Shown piece by piece: positions 21,594 to 32,385 of a DNA stretch of 64,000 bases; positions within the stretch are counted from its first letter, which is position 1, and the number at the start of each line of letters is the position of its first letter. A model generated the notes under the pieces. It was not told the DNA's origin and did no database searches. It was given only the letters and a program-made list of their open reading frames with translations. This DNA comes from Histomonas meleagridis 2922-C6/04-290x. Taxonomy: Eukaryota; Protista; Parabasalia. Both the position numbers and the translations under genes were made by a program. The DNA lies in NCBI GenBank assembly GCA_020184695.1, contig JAANOX010000231.1:267017-331016 (forward strand), read 5' to 3'.

Positions 21594-23087
21594 ATGTCGA
21601 AGCATCCTAAGGTTGATCCTAGTTTGATTCGCATGGTTGAGCCATGCGTCTATGAAATACCAATTGGTTTTGTTCCAAACATGCGCGTACCAGGAAAATT
21701 CTATGCAACACCTGATATGGCAGAATTAGCATTTAGCGAGCTCCAAAATTGGATTGATAACCCTAATACTGGCCTTCCATCTATTATTCAAATTGCTTAT
21801 GTTGCTACACTTCCAGGCATTTCCCAAGCCTCCATTGGTATGCCTGATATGCATTCAGGATATGGCTTTTCAATTGGAGGTGTTGCTGCCTTTGATACCA
21901 GTGATCCCAATAGCATTATCTCACCTGGTGGTGTTGGTTATGATATCAATTGTGGTGTTCGTTGTCTTACAACCAATCTTACTCTTCCTGAGATTGAGCC
22001 TGTCCGAAAGCAACTTATTGATTCCATTAATCGTAACATTCCTACTGGTGTTGGAGGAAAGCGCAAGAAGTTTATTACCAAATCAGACATTCCAGATATT
22101 CTTACAAATGGTGCCAAATGGGCTGTTGATCATGGTTATGGTGTTCCCGAAGATTTAGCCAATTGCGAAGAAGGGGGATGTGTTTCATATGCAGATGCAA
22201 GTTTAATATCCGAACGAGCCATTCTCCGTGGCATGGACCAAGTTGGTACATTAGGTTCTGGAAATCACTATGTTGAAGTCCAAGTTGTCGACGAAATCTT
22301 CAACGAAGAAGCCGCAAATGTCATGGGCTTATTCAAAGGGCAAGTTGTTGTAATGATTCACACTGGTTCTCGCGGCTTGGGTTACCAAGTTGCCGATGAG
22401 TTCATCAAGGAAATGGAAAAGAACTATAAAGACGATTTACCCGATCGCCAATTATGTAGTGCGCCACTTAACAGTGAGCTTGGGCAACGTTATTTGCACT
22501 CTATGGGCGCTGCAGCTAACTTTGCGTGGTGTAATCGCCAAGTCATTATGCATTTTGTTCGCGATTCATTTAAGCGCGTCATGAAACGGGATGACTTAGA
22601 AATGCATTTGATTTATGACGTTGCACATAACATCGCAAAAATCGAGAAACATGTCGTCGATGGAGTCGAAAAGGAATTTGTTGTGCACCGAAAAGGCGCA
22701 ACAAGAGCATTCGGCCCGGGCCGAGAAGAAATCCCCGAAAAGTACCGCGCGATTGGACAGCCAGTTCTAGTTGGCGGGTCACTCGGCACAGCTTCTTACA
22801 TATTGTTGGGTACCGACGCTGACAAGAATAAGTCATTCGGGTCGACTTGCCATGGCGCTGGAAGGACGATGTCAAGGTCGAAGGCATTGCGAGAGATTAC
22901 TTCCCAAAAGATAAAGGGAGAGCTCAAGGAAAAGGGAATAGAGGTCAGAGCAGCAAACAATAAGACAGTGATCGAAGAGGCGCCGGAAAATTATAAAGAT
23001 ATAGAGCAGGTGGTCGAGGCATGCCAAATAGTAGGCGTGTCTTCAAAGGTCGCAAGGTTAGTGCCGATTGGAGTCATTAAGGGATGA
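21594..23087 (+). CDS. RTCB: RNA-splicing ligase RtcB
   Basis: MPDMHSGYGFSIGGV, VGYDINCGVR, GTLGSGNHYVE, IHTGSRG, HNIAK, VHRKGATR, HGAGR, EEAPENYKD. Confidence 0.97.
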   Translation: MSKHPKVDPSLIRMVEPCVYEIPIGFVPNMRVPGKFYATPDMAELAFSELQNWIDNPNTGLPSIIQIAYVATLPGISQASIGMPDMHSGYGFSIGGVAAFDTSDPNSIISPGGVGYDINCGVRCLTTNLTLPEIEPVRKQLIDSINRNIPTGVGGKRKKFITKSDIPDILTNGAKWAVDHGYGVPEDLANCEEGGCVSYADASLISERAILRGMDQVGTLGSGNHYVEVQVVDEIFNEEAANVMGLFKGQVVVMIHTGSRGLGYQVADEFIKEMEKNYKDDLPDRQLCSAPLNSELGQRYLHSMGAAANFAWCNRQVIMHFVRDSFKRVMKRDDLEMHLIYDVAHNIAKIEKHVVDGVEKEFVVHRKGATRAFGPGREEIPEKYRAIGQPVLVGGSLGTASYILLGTDADKNKSFGSTCHGAGRTMSRSKALREITSQKIKGELKEKGIEVRAANNKTVIEEAPENYKDIEQVVEACQIVGVSSKVARLVPIGVIKG

Positions 23088-24484
23088 TAATGATTTTGAT
23101 CTTATTGTTTATTGAATCAATATAAATATTTAACTCGAAATAAACAATAAATAATTTTATGTTTTTATTTACATTTTAAGTTTTGCTTTCGTGATTTATG
23201 AAGTACGCGGTGCCGAAGTTCCGGCCCACCAAAAAAATATTTATTCTCAATGATTATTAAGCACCTAATGAAGTTTTTGATAAATGCGTCGAAAATAATT
23301 TAAAGCTTTTCAAATATGAAATCGTCAAATATACATATAATTTTATTTGTTTATCATACCATATGAATTTATCTCGTAATTAGTTTGGAATATTCAACCA
23401 TTTTCCACTTTCGTACGCCGATCAACCTTCTCCGTTATTTTTTAAATTCGATGTCATTAAGAGAAGTGTTTTAGGATGGCATTTAGGAGACTACTTTTTT
23501 TTTATGGAAAATATTCTGTAGAGAAAAGGTTGTTATTACAGTATTACCCTAATTTTATCAAATTTATTAAAAATATACATTCCGCTTAATAATAAATCAT
23601 TACAACTTAGGTTAATAAAATTATATGCTATTATTGAAGGCCTCAAAAAAGAGACGAAATTCAAAAATCGCAGTATTTATTTTTTGATAAATTAATTGAT
23701 ACGAAATTTCTTGCACACAATAATATCAAAAGAACAATTTTTGAGCACTTTTCTGACCATAAAAATATAAATATCTCAATAAAGAATTAAAATTATAAAA
23801 AATAATATGTTTTTTTTAAAAATTTAGTTTATTTTTATATTATAGCTAGAAAAAATGGCCACTGCCCCTTCATAAAACTTTTTAATATAGAATTCAAAAA
23901 AAAGTGAGAAAAAAATGAAAAAAATTATCCTTTAAATTTCAAGAATTACCATTTTAAAAATAAAATATACATCAAAAATAATTAAGATTGGTCTCAAATA
24001 ATACTTATTTTGAAAAAATTGATTTAAAAATTTTCATTTTGATCTGATTATTTTCCCCTCAATTTGAAAGCATACTTTTATTCATGTGATGATAAAGATC
24101 TAATAAAAATCAAAAAATTCACCAGAATATGTTTGTTTTCAGTTTGATTACTCTAAAGATTCAAAAAAAGCAAGCTATTGGCTTTAATATGTCATTCTCA
24201 CCAACCTTGGAAAATCACAAAATTCCTTAGGGCTTATCAAATATATGTATAAAAAAAATTAAATTCATATTATTTTTTTTAATACTTGGTTTCTAAACAT
24301 AAGCATCTAATATATGTAAACAAAATCTTTATATTAAATTTAAGAAGAAAGTATTTGATTTTATTTCAAAAAAAATTGTCATTTATTATTTCATGAAGTA
24401 TAGTAAATGATTGGTTAAAGTATGGTTCTATTATTAATTGAAATAACATGTAAAAATGAAATTATTTTATTTAAATATTTTACT

Positions 24485-24807
24485 TATATAATGGGCTTTT
24501 CATTGTTTAAAGTTAAATCGGATCAGATGAAAAACATCTTTGCTTTATTTGGCAAATTCTCCATCTTTGAACTTTTTTTTTTTCAAAGTTTAAGTTATCA
24601 TATAACCAATCCATGCATCCTTCGTAGTCTTTGTGGTACATTTTTGCATCTGATGGAAATGTATTATCTAGATGAAGTACTAATCCCAATAAACCGGGAG
24701 TGTGGCCAGGCAAAGTGGCCACTTCGACCAGGGAATAATTCTTTGTTCACATAATTAATTTCTTTTCGAACTTGGAAAATTTGATCTCTAATATACCAAC
24801 CATGCAT
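24485..24807 (-). pseudogene. C-terminal remnant of an N-acyl-homoserine lactonase-like metallo-beta-lactamase-fold gene
   Basis: Frames join as MHGWYIRD...KELFPG/EVATLPGHTPGLLGLVLHLDNTFPSDA...LYDNLNF...AK(M)F.SDP..FKQ*KAHY. Frameshifts are present and the HxHxDH half is absent. Confidence 0.65.
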
Positions 24808-24839
24808 GGTTGTATAATGTTTGTACAAACATTGTTTAT

Positions 24840-26165
24840 TTAATACGTAACATACACAGGGTTCTCGGGGTATATTTGATTCAGCAAGCTTTCGCCTGCC
24901 TCTCTCAGCTCTCCATCGTCACTCGCGCGAAGCATCTCGAGCCATTCGATGAATTCGCTGTTTTCGCTGAGGAACAGTCTCAATTTATCGATTATGTCCG
25001 GCTTTCCGTTTGCGAATCCCTTTCTTATGATTCGGAGTGCCCATCTAATGTCTATTTCATCAATGATGTTGACACTGTCAACAATGATTGTGTAACATCC
25101 TTGCTGATAAAGACACCAATATAACATTGGCGATGCTAAAGCCATCGATATGATACAAAAATGAACAACTGACTTAAGTAATCCTGCATTAGAATTATTA
25201 TAAAAAATGTCAATGATGTCAATGGTAAGTTGTGCATCATATATCATGCCAATGGCCTCTGGAATGTAAAATGAAAGGTCAGAAAGTAAATCTATCGCTT
25301 TAGAAATCAGAAGATCTTGATATTCATCATTGAGGAAAAAATGAACAAACTCAATGACCTGATTATCAAGTAAGTATCGAGCTGATTCTTCGTTGAAGTT
25401 GCATATAAAAATTAACATATCAAATAATGATAATAAATAATCTTCATTGTTCGTTTGTAACTCAATAAATGGTTTTAGCATATCAAAGTGTAAAAAAGCT
25501 AAAACAAAATTGTCATTAGAGCCTAATAAGTGTAGAAAAGAACGAATAATATTGAAGCAACTTTGATCGTCACTCAGATAATTGAGAAGCTGTTGAAAAA
25601 GTGTAAATATTTTTTGACCGTTAACTTGTTCATATTCGATTTTTTTGTTAACCAAGGAAAAGCAAAGACGTGCAAGAACATATGGAGGTGTTTCTGTCTC
25701 GAACATACTTTGAATATGTTCAATGTACCCATTCTCAATCAAAATTGAGCGATATTTTCCATTTGAAGATGATAATAAGTAAAACAAGGAAAGAAGTTCT
25801 GGTGAATAATTTTGAAACATAAAATCAAGAAAACCATTTTCTACAAGTGTATCTTGCATTACTGACTCGAATTTAATAATATTTTTTAATACATTTATTG
25901 TTTTTTGTTTAATTGGATCATCATAGTTTTGTAATAAATTCATTAAGCGAATCAAGATTTTATCTTCAAACATATATTCGATGGTTTTAAATGTTTCGAT
26001 AAACCAATCAAGTGACTCTTCGATTATTTGAAGATCTTCTGAAAAGAGCATTTCAGTATATTCTCCAAGATTATCAACTATGTACTCGAATAGTTCTGTT
26101 TGTTCATCGTCTGTTGGAAGTTTTCTGTTTTTATCGACAGGATTTTTTTTGTAAGCAGCATCCAT
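24840..26165 (-). CDS. ARM/HEAT-repeat protein (importin-alpha-like helical)
   Basis: 441-aa ATG ORF with amphipathic helical repeats (LIRLMNLLQN...TINVLKNII; LISKAIDLLSDL). Confidence 0.6.
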   Translation of the reverse strand: MDAAYKKNPVDKNRKLPTDDEQTELFEYIVDNLGEYTEMLFSEDLQIIEESLDWFIETFKTIEYMFEDKILIRLMNLLQNYDDPIKQKTINVLKNIIKFESVMQDTLVENGFLDFMFQNYSPELLSLFYLLSSSNGKYRSILIENGYIEHIQSMFETETPPYVLARLCFSLVNKKIEYEQVNGQKIFTLFQQLLNYLSDDQSCFNIIRSFLHLLGSNDNFVLAFLHFDMLKPFIELQTNNEDYLLSLFDMLIFICNFNEESARYLLDNQVIEFVHFFLNDEYQDLLISKAIDLLSDLSFYIPEAIGMIYDAQLTIDIIDIFYNNSNAGLLKSVVHFCIISMALASPMLYWCLYQQGCYTIIVDSVNIIDEIDIRWALRIIRKGFANGKPDIIDKLRLFLSENSEFIEWLEMLRASDDGELREAGESLLNQIYPENPVYVTY

Positions 26166-26261
26166 TCCAACCTAATTGAATAACTTTGTTTGCTTTAGGT
26201 TTTCCAAAAGTGGCATTGTTCATAAACCCAGATTTCTTAGAAACCAACATTCAAAAATTCA

Positions 26262-26706
26262 ATGCATTTGTCCGGCCATTGCATTGAAATATACGGTTTT
26301 GTTTGGTCTTTCCCAACAAGGCTTCCAGACGAATTTTGACCCTAACGATCCGTCTTTCGTCCGGATTCTTGAGCTTCGCACTGAAGAAAGGCGGCTTGAG
26401 AACCAAAGGGAAACATATGAATTAATAAAAGAAGAAGATACTTATAATGTTGCTCTTCATTATCCAACACACTATTTCATCGAAGCAGGAGAAGAGTTAA
26501 ACCACGATTCTATATCACGTGTTTTCGATCCTGAAAAAATTGCTCCAAATCAATTATCTTATGCAACCTCAGATGTTATCAAGTTAACACAAGTCCATGA
26601 TATTTTAAAAGCAACCAAGGAAGAGTATACAGAAAGCATAAAGAAAAATGAAGAATTATCAGAACAATATTCAACATTTTTTAAAACAGTATTTTCTGAA
26701 AAATAA
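26262..26706 (+). CDS. Hypothetical protein with one frameshift (extra T in 26334-26337)
   Basis: ATG 26262 gives MHLSGHCIEIYGFVWSFPTRLPDEF; removing one T joins it to DPNDPSFVRIL... of the listed ORF, which has no ATG of its own. Confidence 0.55.
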
Positions 26707-27089
26707 ACTCAAAAGCATTGAAGGAAAAAATCTTATTCGTATGTTTTTCACATAGTGCAGTAATAATTTTGTACTTACCAACACTATATCAAAAAATATA
26801 TTCCAACATGTGAATGCCTTCGATATTCACTCTTTCTTTTCGCTCAAAGGCAGTGGCTTTACAAAACTTATCACAGCTGATCATCCCTTTCAAAACCCCG
26901 GCCACGCCATTGACACAGTTTTACTCACAATTCACCCATGCCCTCATTCAAAATTGTCCATTCAAAATTCAGACGAAGCCAACCATGCATCGACTTTTTG
27001 ATAGAGTGGGTAAAAAATTGAATGGCGACGGTTTTTTGCGTTTTGGCCGTGTGTTTTATGGGTTTTCATATCATTTATCCTAAAGACAG

Positions 27090-27719
27090 ATGGGAAAAAC
27101 ATACATTATTGGAGTCGCTGGAGGAACAGCATCCGGCAAAACAACAATTGTCGAGAAGATCAAAAAGGTATTCCAAAATGACATCGAAGTTCTTAACCAT
27201 GATTGTTATTATCTTGCGCATAATGACATGCCTCTTGAAGAGAGAAAGAAACTTAACTATGATCATCCGAATTCATTTGATACCGAAAGATTCATAAAAG
27301 ATATCAAAGAATTGAAAAGTGGTAAAATTATCCAAAGGCCTGTATATGACTATTGCATTCATAATCGCTCGTCCGAAACTGTAACAGTTTGTCCGAAGCG
27401 AGTGATAATCGTCGAAGGAATTCTTGTTCTTGAAAATCCGAAACTTCGCGATCTAATGGACATAAAGATATTCGTCGACACCGACGCTGACATCAGACTG
27501 ATGAGGAGAATCAGTCGTGACATGAAAGAGCGAAATCGTAGTCTCGATTCGATCATCTCACAATACTCGGAAACTGTGAAGCCAATGCACGAACAGTTTG
27601 TGGAGCCAACAAAGAAGTACGCAGACATTATCATCCCAAGAGGAGGACACAACAAGCCTGCAATCAGCTTGATGATTCAGCATATCAAAAATGTAATAGA
27701 AAATGATACAAATCAATAA
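27090..27719 (+). CDS. udk: Uridine kinase (bacterial type)
   Basis: IIGVAGGTASGKTT, HDCYY, NYDHPNSFD, PVYDY, IIVEGIL, DIKIFVDTDADIRLMRR, VKPMHEQFVEPTKKYADIIIP. Confidence 0.95.
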   Translation: MGKTYIIGVAGGTASGKTTIVEKIKKVFQNDIEVLNHDCYYLAHNDMPLEERKKLNYDHPNSFDTERFIKDIKELKSGKIIQRPVYDYCIHNRSSETVTVCPKRVIIVEGILVLENPKLRDLMDIKIFVDTDADIRLMRRISRDMKERNRSLDSIISQYSETVKPMHEQFVEPTKKYADIIIPRGGHNKPAISLMIQHIKNVIENDTNQ

Positions 27720-28207
27720 ATGATATCACAAACTATATTCACAAAGCAGTTCGTTTTTGCATATGAATAAATGCATCGCTGTCACTGCTTTCGTTTGTGA
27801 TACTTTTGGTAAACTTATTAAACGTTTGTAAGTAAACGGATTTCGAATAAACGTTTCTCTTGAGGAATGACAAAGGATTATTCCGATGGATGAACTTCTC
27901 TGAAAATGCTAATTAGCATCTTATAATTTATTTATTATTTTGATATGTGTACAAATTAAAATTTCATGAAATTTGTTACAGAGTTTGATACTAACTAATT
28001 AATAATTACAAAATTTGTATAAATAATTATTGACGTGAATTTATTTAACGATACGTGATTCGAAAGATTATACATGCTAAAATATTACAGCTTGAAATGG
28101 CATCTCACCAAATGACGAAAAAAAGAGCATTTCAAAATGCCATTCAAAAATTGTGCTGAAATAAATTTGTCATGATAATTGTGAGAAAAAAGTGTAATAG
28201 AAATAAC

Positions 28208-31200
28208 ATGGGAGAAGATTCCGTTTTATCACAGAAAGAAATCAAAGGAATTCAATTTGCAGCGCCTCCTGTTATGTCAGTTAGCTCAGATGATTATTTT
28301 CTTTTCCTTTATTCAGATGGTTCAATTCATACATTTGATTCAAATTCTCTTAAAACTTCAACCTTACCACCTCATTCAAAGTCTGTTTCTGCTAGTTCAG
28401 TTACAACAATTGCGGTAAATCCACCACATACACTTGCTGCTATCGGTCTTGATGATGGAACTTTACTATTTTATGATCTTGTAGATTCAAAGATGCTCAA
28501 AAAGATGGCAAAAGCTGCAAAAGGTGCTGTTATGTACTCATTATTTTTAGGTGATTTTACATATTTATGTTATGATATATCAGGAAATGTTACTGTATAT
28601 AAGATTTCCATATCCAAACTTGGTGCTTCAATTTCATTTTTAGGCTCTGCTATTACTATTAAAGAATCTATATCAATTACAATTGATCAACACATTTATC
28701 AAATATCAGCGCCAATGATATTCCATTCCATATGTATACCACAAAAGATTACGCAAAACTCAAAATGTGATTCGGAAGCGTTTTCGAATATTGTTGGTAT
28801 TTCTACAGAAAATTCATTTCTTCTCACGAATTTTTCAACCGAGTTTAAAGTCATTACAGAGCAACAAATATCTAACTCATTAATAGCCTTTTCTCCAGTA
28901 GTCGAAGATGTCATTTATTATGCGTTAGCCAATGAATCTCAATTGATAATTTATTCTCTTGATTCAACTAATTTCCAATCAACTGAGTTATATAGCCAAG
29001 ACAGCTCAAAGCGGCCAGTCTTTTTAACCTTTATTTCACCTTTTATTTTGTCAATAATTTATGAAGATAATTCATGTTTGTTACTTTGGTTCAAAGAATT
29101 CTACAAAGTTGAAACCACCATACCATTCCAAGGTACGTTTTTACATGGCGTTTCTAATTTCAGGATCATCACAAATGATAAAATTTGGAAATTCTCATTA
29201 TTTTCATTTGCGGAGAAAATTGAGATCTTCCAAGAAACTCATAACCATCATGGTGCCATTGAGTTTTGCAAGAAAGCTAAGAACAATGAGCTTCATGGAA
29301 TTGTTGGCCTTCCTCAAAACCCATCACAGAAGTCACTTTTCATTGAGCGTCAAATTTCGGTTATTCTCGAGCAAATGTTAAATGAAGAAATCAAGACATC
29401 TGATAAGAACAAAATCTCAGAATCAATTGATTTCTTAATCCAACTTTCTAAAGACTTATCAATGAGTGATTGGATTACATCTAATGCAATTCGATATTTC
29501 AAATCGAGCGAATATTTAAAAATTTTCTTCGAACATATAATTAAAGGTGATCCAGATGCACAATTCTTTCATTACACAAAGAACTTTGTTGATTTATTAA
29601 TAGAGACATATCCTGACCCATCGATACGTGACTTCTTATTAAAGTTACCATCGAAAGCTGCTCCAACGACATCATTACTCAAGTACTGTCTATCGTCCAA
29701 AGATTTGAACCTACTGAAGAACGTTTACATCGAACGTTTAAACGATCCCTTAACGTGCGTCAAGATCTTTGCCAACTCAAAGGATTACGAAACCGTCAGC
29801 GATATTATACTTGATGTAATCTCGAATGATTTTAATACAAACAACAAAGCTAATAGTTTAATTGAATGGTTATTTTCATTTTCAGATGAATTCCGATTTA
29901 CACATTTCCGTAATTTAATGGAATTAAATCATAATCAAACAATTCAAGTTGTCTTTAATTATGTTGAACGTAATCAACAACCGATGACTTCCAAACAATT
30001 TATCAATGATTATATTTATATCTTAAATCTTAAACAAACGCCAACAAATGATCGATTATATAAATTGATGGAAAACTTTATATTAGAATCACAACCAATA
30101 CTTATTGATTTATCACTTAAATATGTTTTACCTAAAATCTTTTCGAATGAATATACTGAACCTGATCAACGTGATGAAGTATTATTAGTGATACTTAAGA
30201 CAAGTTTAACACCAACACTTCAATCTAAACTTATACCATTTTGTGAAGAATATAACTTTAGTAAATCACGAAATTATTTATATGAGAACTCGAATAATTA
30301 TGAACGTATTACACGGAGTTATTTATTATATGGTAACGATGATCCATTTTCATATATTATAAATGTATTACAACAAAATAATGAACAATCTAAAGAAGGA
30401 ATTAAGAAAGCGTTATTAACAAACGCAGTATTACTTATCACTAAAGATATTCATCAATATTTGAACATTATATTAAAGTATTTTCCAAATGATTTCCATA
30501 ATGATTTAATCAAAACATTAAAAGATGAAACTATTTTAAATTATTATATTAAATCATTATTCGAAACATGTCCAAACCCATCAATTAATTATAATGATTT
30601 AGATCTCAAAAATTATTTGGAATATCTTTGTAAATATTTCCCAGATGAAGTATATTCGTTTTTAATATCATTACGTGATATTGACGTCGAATATTTAAAG
30701 TTATGTAAGAAGTATTGTATATTCGATGCATGTACTTACTTAAGTTATCGAGTTGGTGATGTCGATGAAAGTTATCATTATTTATATGAATATTTCGAAA
30801 CTAAATTAATGGATTTTGTTGAAGATAAAATTAATGACATTAATCCATTAATTCTATTTATTAATGATTTCTTAACAAAGTTTAAGATATTGGATTATGA
30901 AACTATAACATTATCAATCATTAAGTCATTCATATTACCATTATACGATTGTAAAAACAAAGAAAAGGTTTCAATATTATCGGAAACATTAAGAAAGATT
31001 TGTAGCATAGCTATAGATTATGTACCATTTAATTTAATACTTAAAACAATTATAATCGAATTCGCTCCTTTTAACGTCGATACAATTCGTAGTTCGTTAT
31101 GCGGTATCATTAATGACTTTAATTATGATATCGATACAACGAAATCACTTGCAAACTTGTTTAGAAACGACGAAAGAAAATCTCAAGAAAAATATATATT

Positions 31201-31531
31201 GCAATCAATTTCGGGTACAAAGTTCTACGACGGAAAATGCGGTACATGCCATAGATCGTTGACAAGTGGTTCGTCATTAGTAAACATATTCTCATGCGGA
31301 CACGCGTTCCATGCCAACAAAGATTGCCTGCCGAAGCAAATGTGCCCGATCTGTAACCCAGAAATTAAGTTGGACCACGAAGTTACACCGCCGTCTGCAA
31401 CAATCGGGCAAATGGAAGTGATGAGGAAGTTGAGGAAATTCGAGTTCTGCTTGAATAGCAAAAATATTGTCAATAATACGATGCAAAAGAAAGGAAATAT
31501 TGCAATATCTGGAAATATGTCTTTGATTTAG
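28208..31531 (+). CDS. Vps8-like CORVET subunit (WD40 + alpha-solenoid + C-terminal RING)
   Basis: N-terminal beta-propeller blades (LAAIGLDDGTLLFYD), helical middle, CGTC...CGHAFH...C...CPIC RING. ATG 28208 is the likely start. Confidence 0.65.
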   Translation: MGEDSVLSQKEIKGIQFAAPPVMSVSSDDYFLFLYSDGSIHTFDSNSLKTSTLPPHSKSVSASSVTTIAVNPPHTLAAIGLDDGTLLFYDLVDSKMLKKMAKAAKGAVMYSLFLGDFTYLCYDISGNVTVYKISISKLGASISFLGSAITIKESISITIDQHIYQISAPMIFHSICIPQKITQNSKCDSEAFSNIVGISTENSFLLTNFSTEFKVITEQQISNSLIAFSPVVEDVIYYALANESQLIIYSLDSTNFQSTELYSQDSSKRPVFLTFISPFILSIIYEDNSCLLLWFKEFYKVETTIPFQGTFLHGVSNFRIITNDKIWKFSLFSFAEKIEIFQETHNHHGAIEFCKKAKNNELHGIVGLPQNPSQKSLFIERQISVILEQMLNEEIKTSDKNKISESIDFLIQLSKDLSMSDWITSNAIRYFKSSEYLKIFFEHIIKGDPDAQFFHYTKNFVDLLIETYPDPSIRDFLLKLPSKAAPTTSLLKYCLSSKDLNLLKNVYIERLNDPLTCVKIFANSKDYETVSDIILDVISNDFNTNNKANSLIEWLFSFSDEFRFTHFRNLMELNHNQTIQVVFNYVERNQQPMTSKQFINDYIYILNLKQTPTNDRLYKLMENFILESQPILIDLSLKYVLPKIFSNEYTEPDQRDEVLLVILKTSLTPTLQSKLIPFCEEYNFSKSRNYLYENSNNYERITRSYLLYGNDDPFSYIINVLQQNNEQSKEGIKKALLTNAVLLITKDIHQYLNIILKYFPNDFHNDLIKTLKDETILNYYIKSLFETCPNPSINYNDLDLKNYLEYLCKYFPDEVYSFLISLRDIDVEYLKLCKKYCIFDACTYLSYRVGDVDESYHYLYEYFETKLMDFVEDKINDINPLILFINDFLTKFKILDYETITLSIIKSFILPLYDCKNKEKVSILSETLRKICSIAIDYVPFNLILKTIIIEFAPFNVDTIRSSLCGIINDFNYDIDTTKSLANLFRNDERKSQEKYILQSISGTKFYDGKCGTCHRSLTSGSSLVNIFSCGHAFHANKDCLPKQMCPICNPEIKLDHEVTPPSATIGQMEVMRKLRKFEFCLNSKNIVNNTMQKKGNIAISGNMSLI

Positions 31532-32385
31532 TTTAATTAAAAATGAATAAATTTGGAAATTTATTTGTTTTGAATGTTTTAGATCTTCAAAAATATATAA
31601 ATTTGTGGATGTAATTTAAGTTGATGGAAAAAAGCCATTTTTTGAGTGATACTTAGTAAATAAGGAAATAATTTCCAAGAAATATAATTACATTGCCGCC
31701 ATAATATAATTGAAGGAAGTATGTATTATAAAGCGTTATTTACAGATTTTGGATGAAAACTGAATTTCATAAATTTTGATTTTTTTTATCATCTTACAAA
31801 ACGATTTTCCCAATCAAGTTTACAATATACATCATTTTTAACATTTTTTTCAAAAAATATCTCTTACGAAAATTTTATAATAATTATGTAATTATGCAAT
31901 TAATATCCTAACTATAACTAAAATCATATGTTTGATAAAAAAATGATAAAATATTATCATAATTAACATGATATATATGTCATACTCATTTGAATGATAA
32001 GGATCAAAAACAACTGAATGAAACTTTTTCGCTGTATTCAAAAATTGTATTCAGTTCTGGGGTTAACTGTAGGCCATTCTTTGACAAATGTTTGTCGTTA
32101 ACGGTCGGATGTAGATCAAATTTTTCTGTATAAACAAAACAAAATTATAATTGTTGGGGTGGGACCGAAAAAAATCATCTTTAATTTTCTTGTTATTTAG
32201 CCAATATTTTATATTATAGTTATGATATGATATTAACTGACAAGAGTATTTATTAAGTTTCCAAAATTAATGATTAATGATTAATATTTTTGATAATATT
32301 CATAGATTAAATTTCTTATTCTGGTTCTCAAATTTTCAATACTTTGAACGTATAAAATTCAATTAACTTCGTATCGGCTTCCAAA

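Noticed and set aside
14587-32163. GGTGGG-type boxes in three intergenic regions (~14588, ~23225, ~32157)
   Set aside because: Only 6-7 bp shared, with no consistent position relative to genes.
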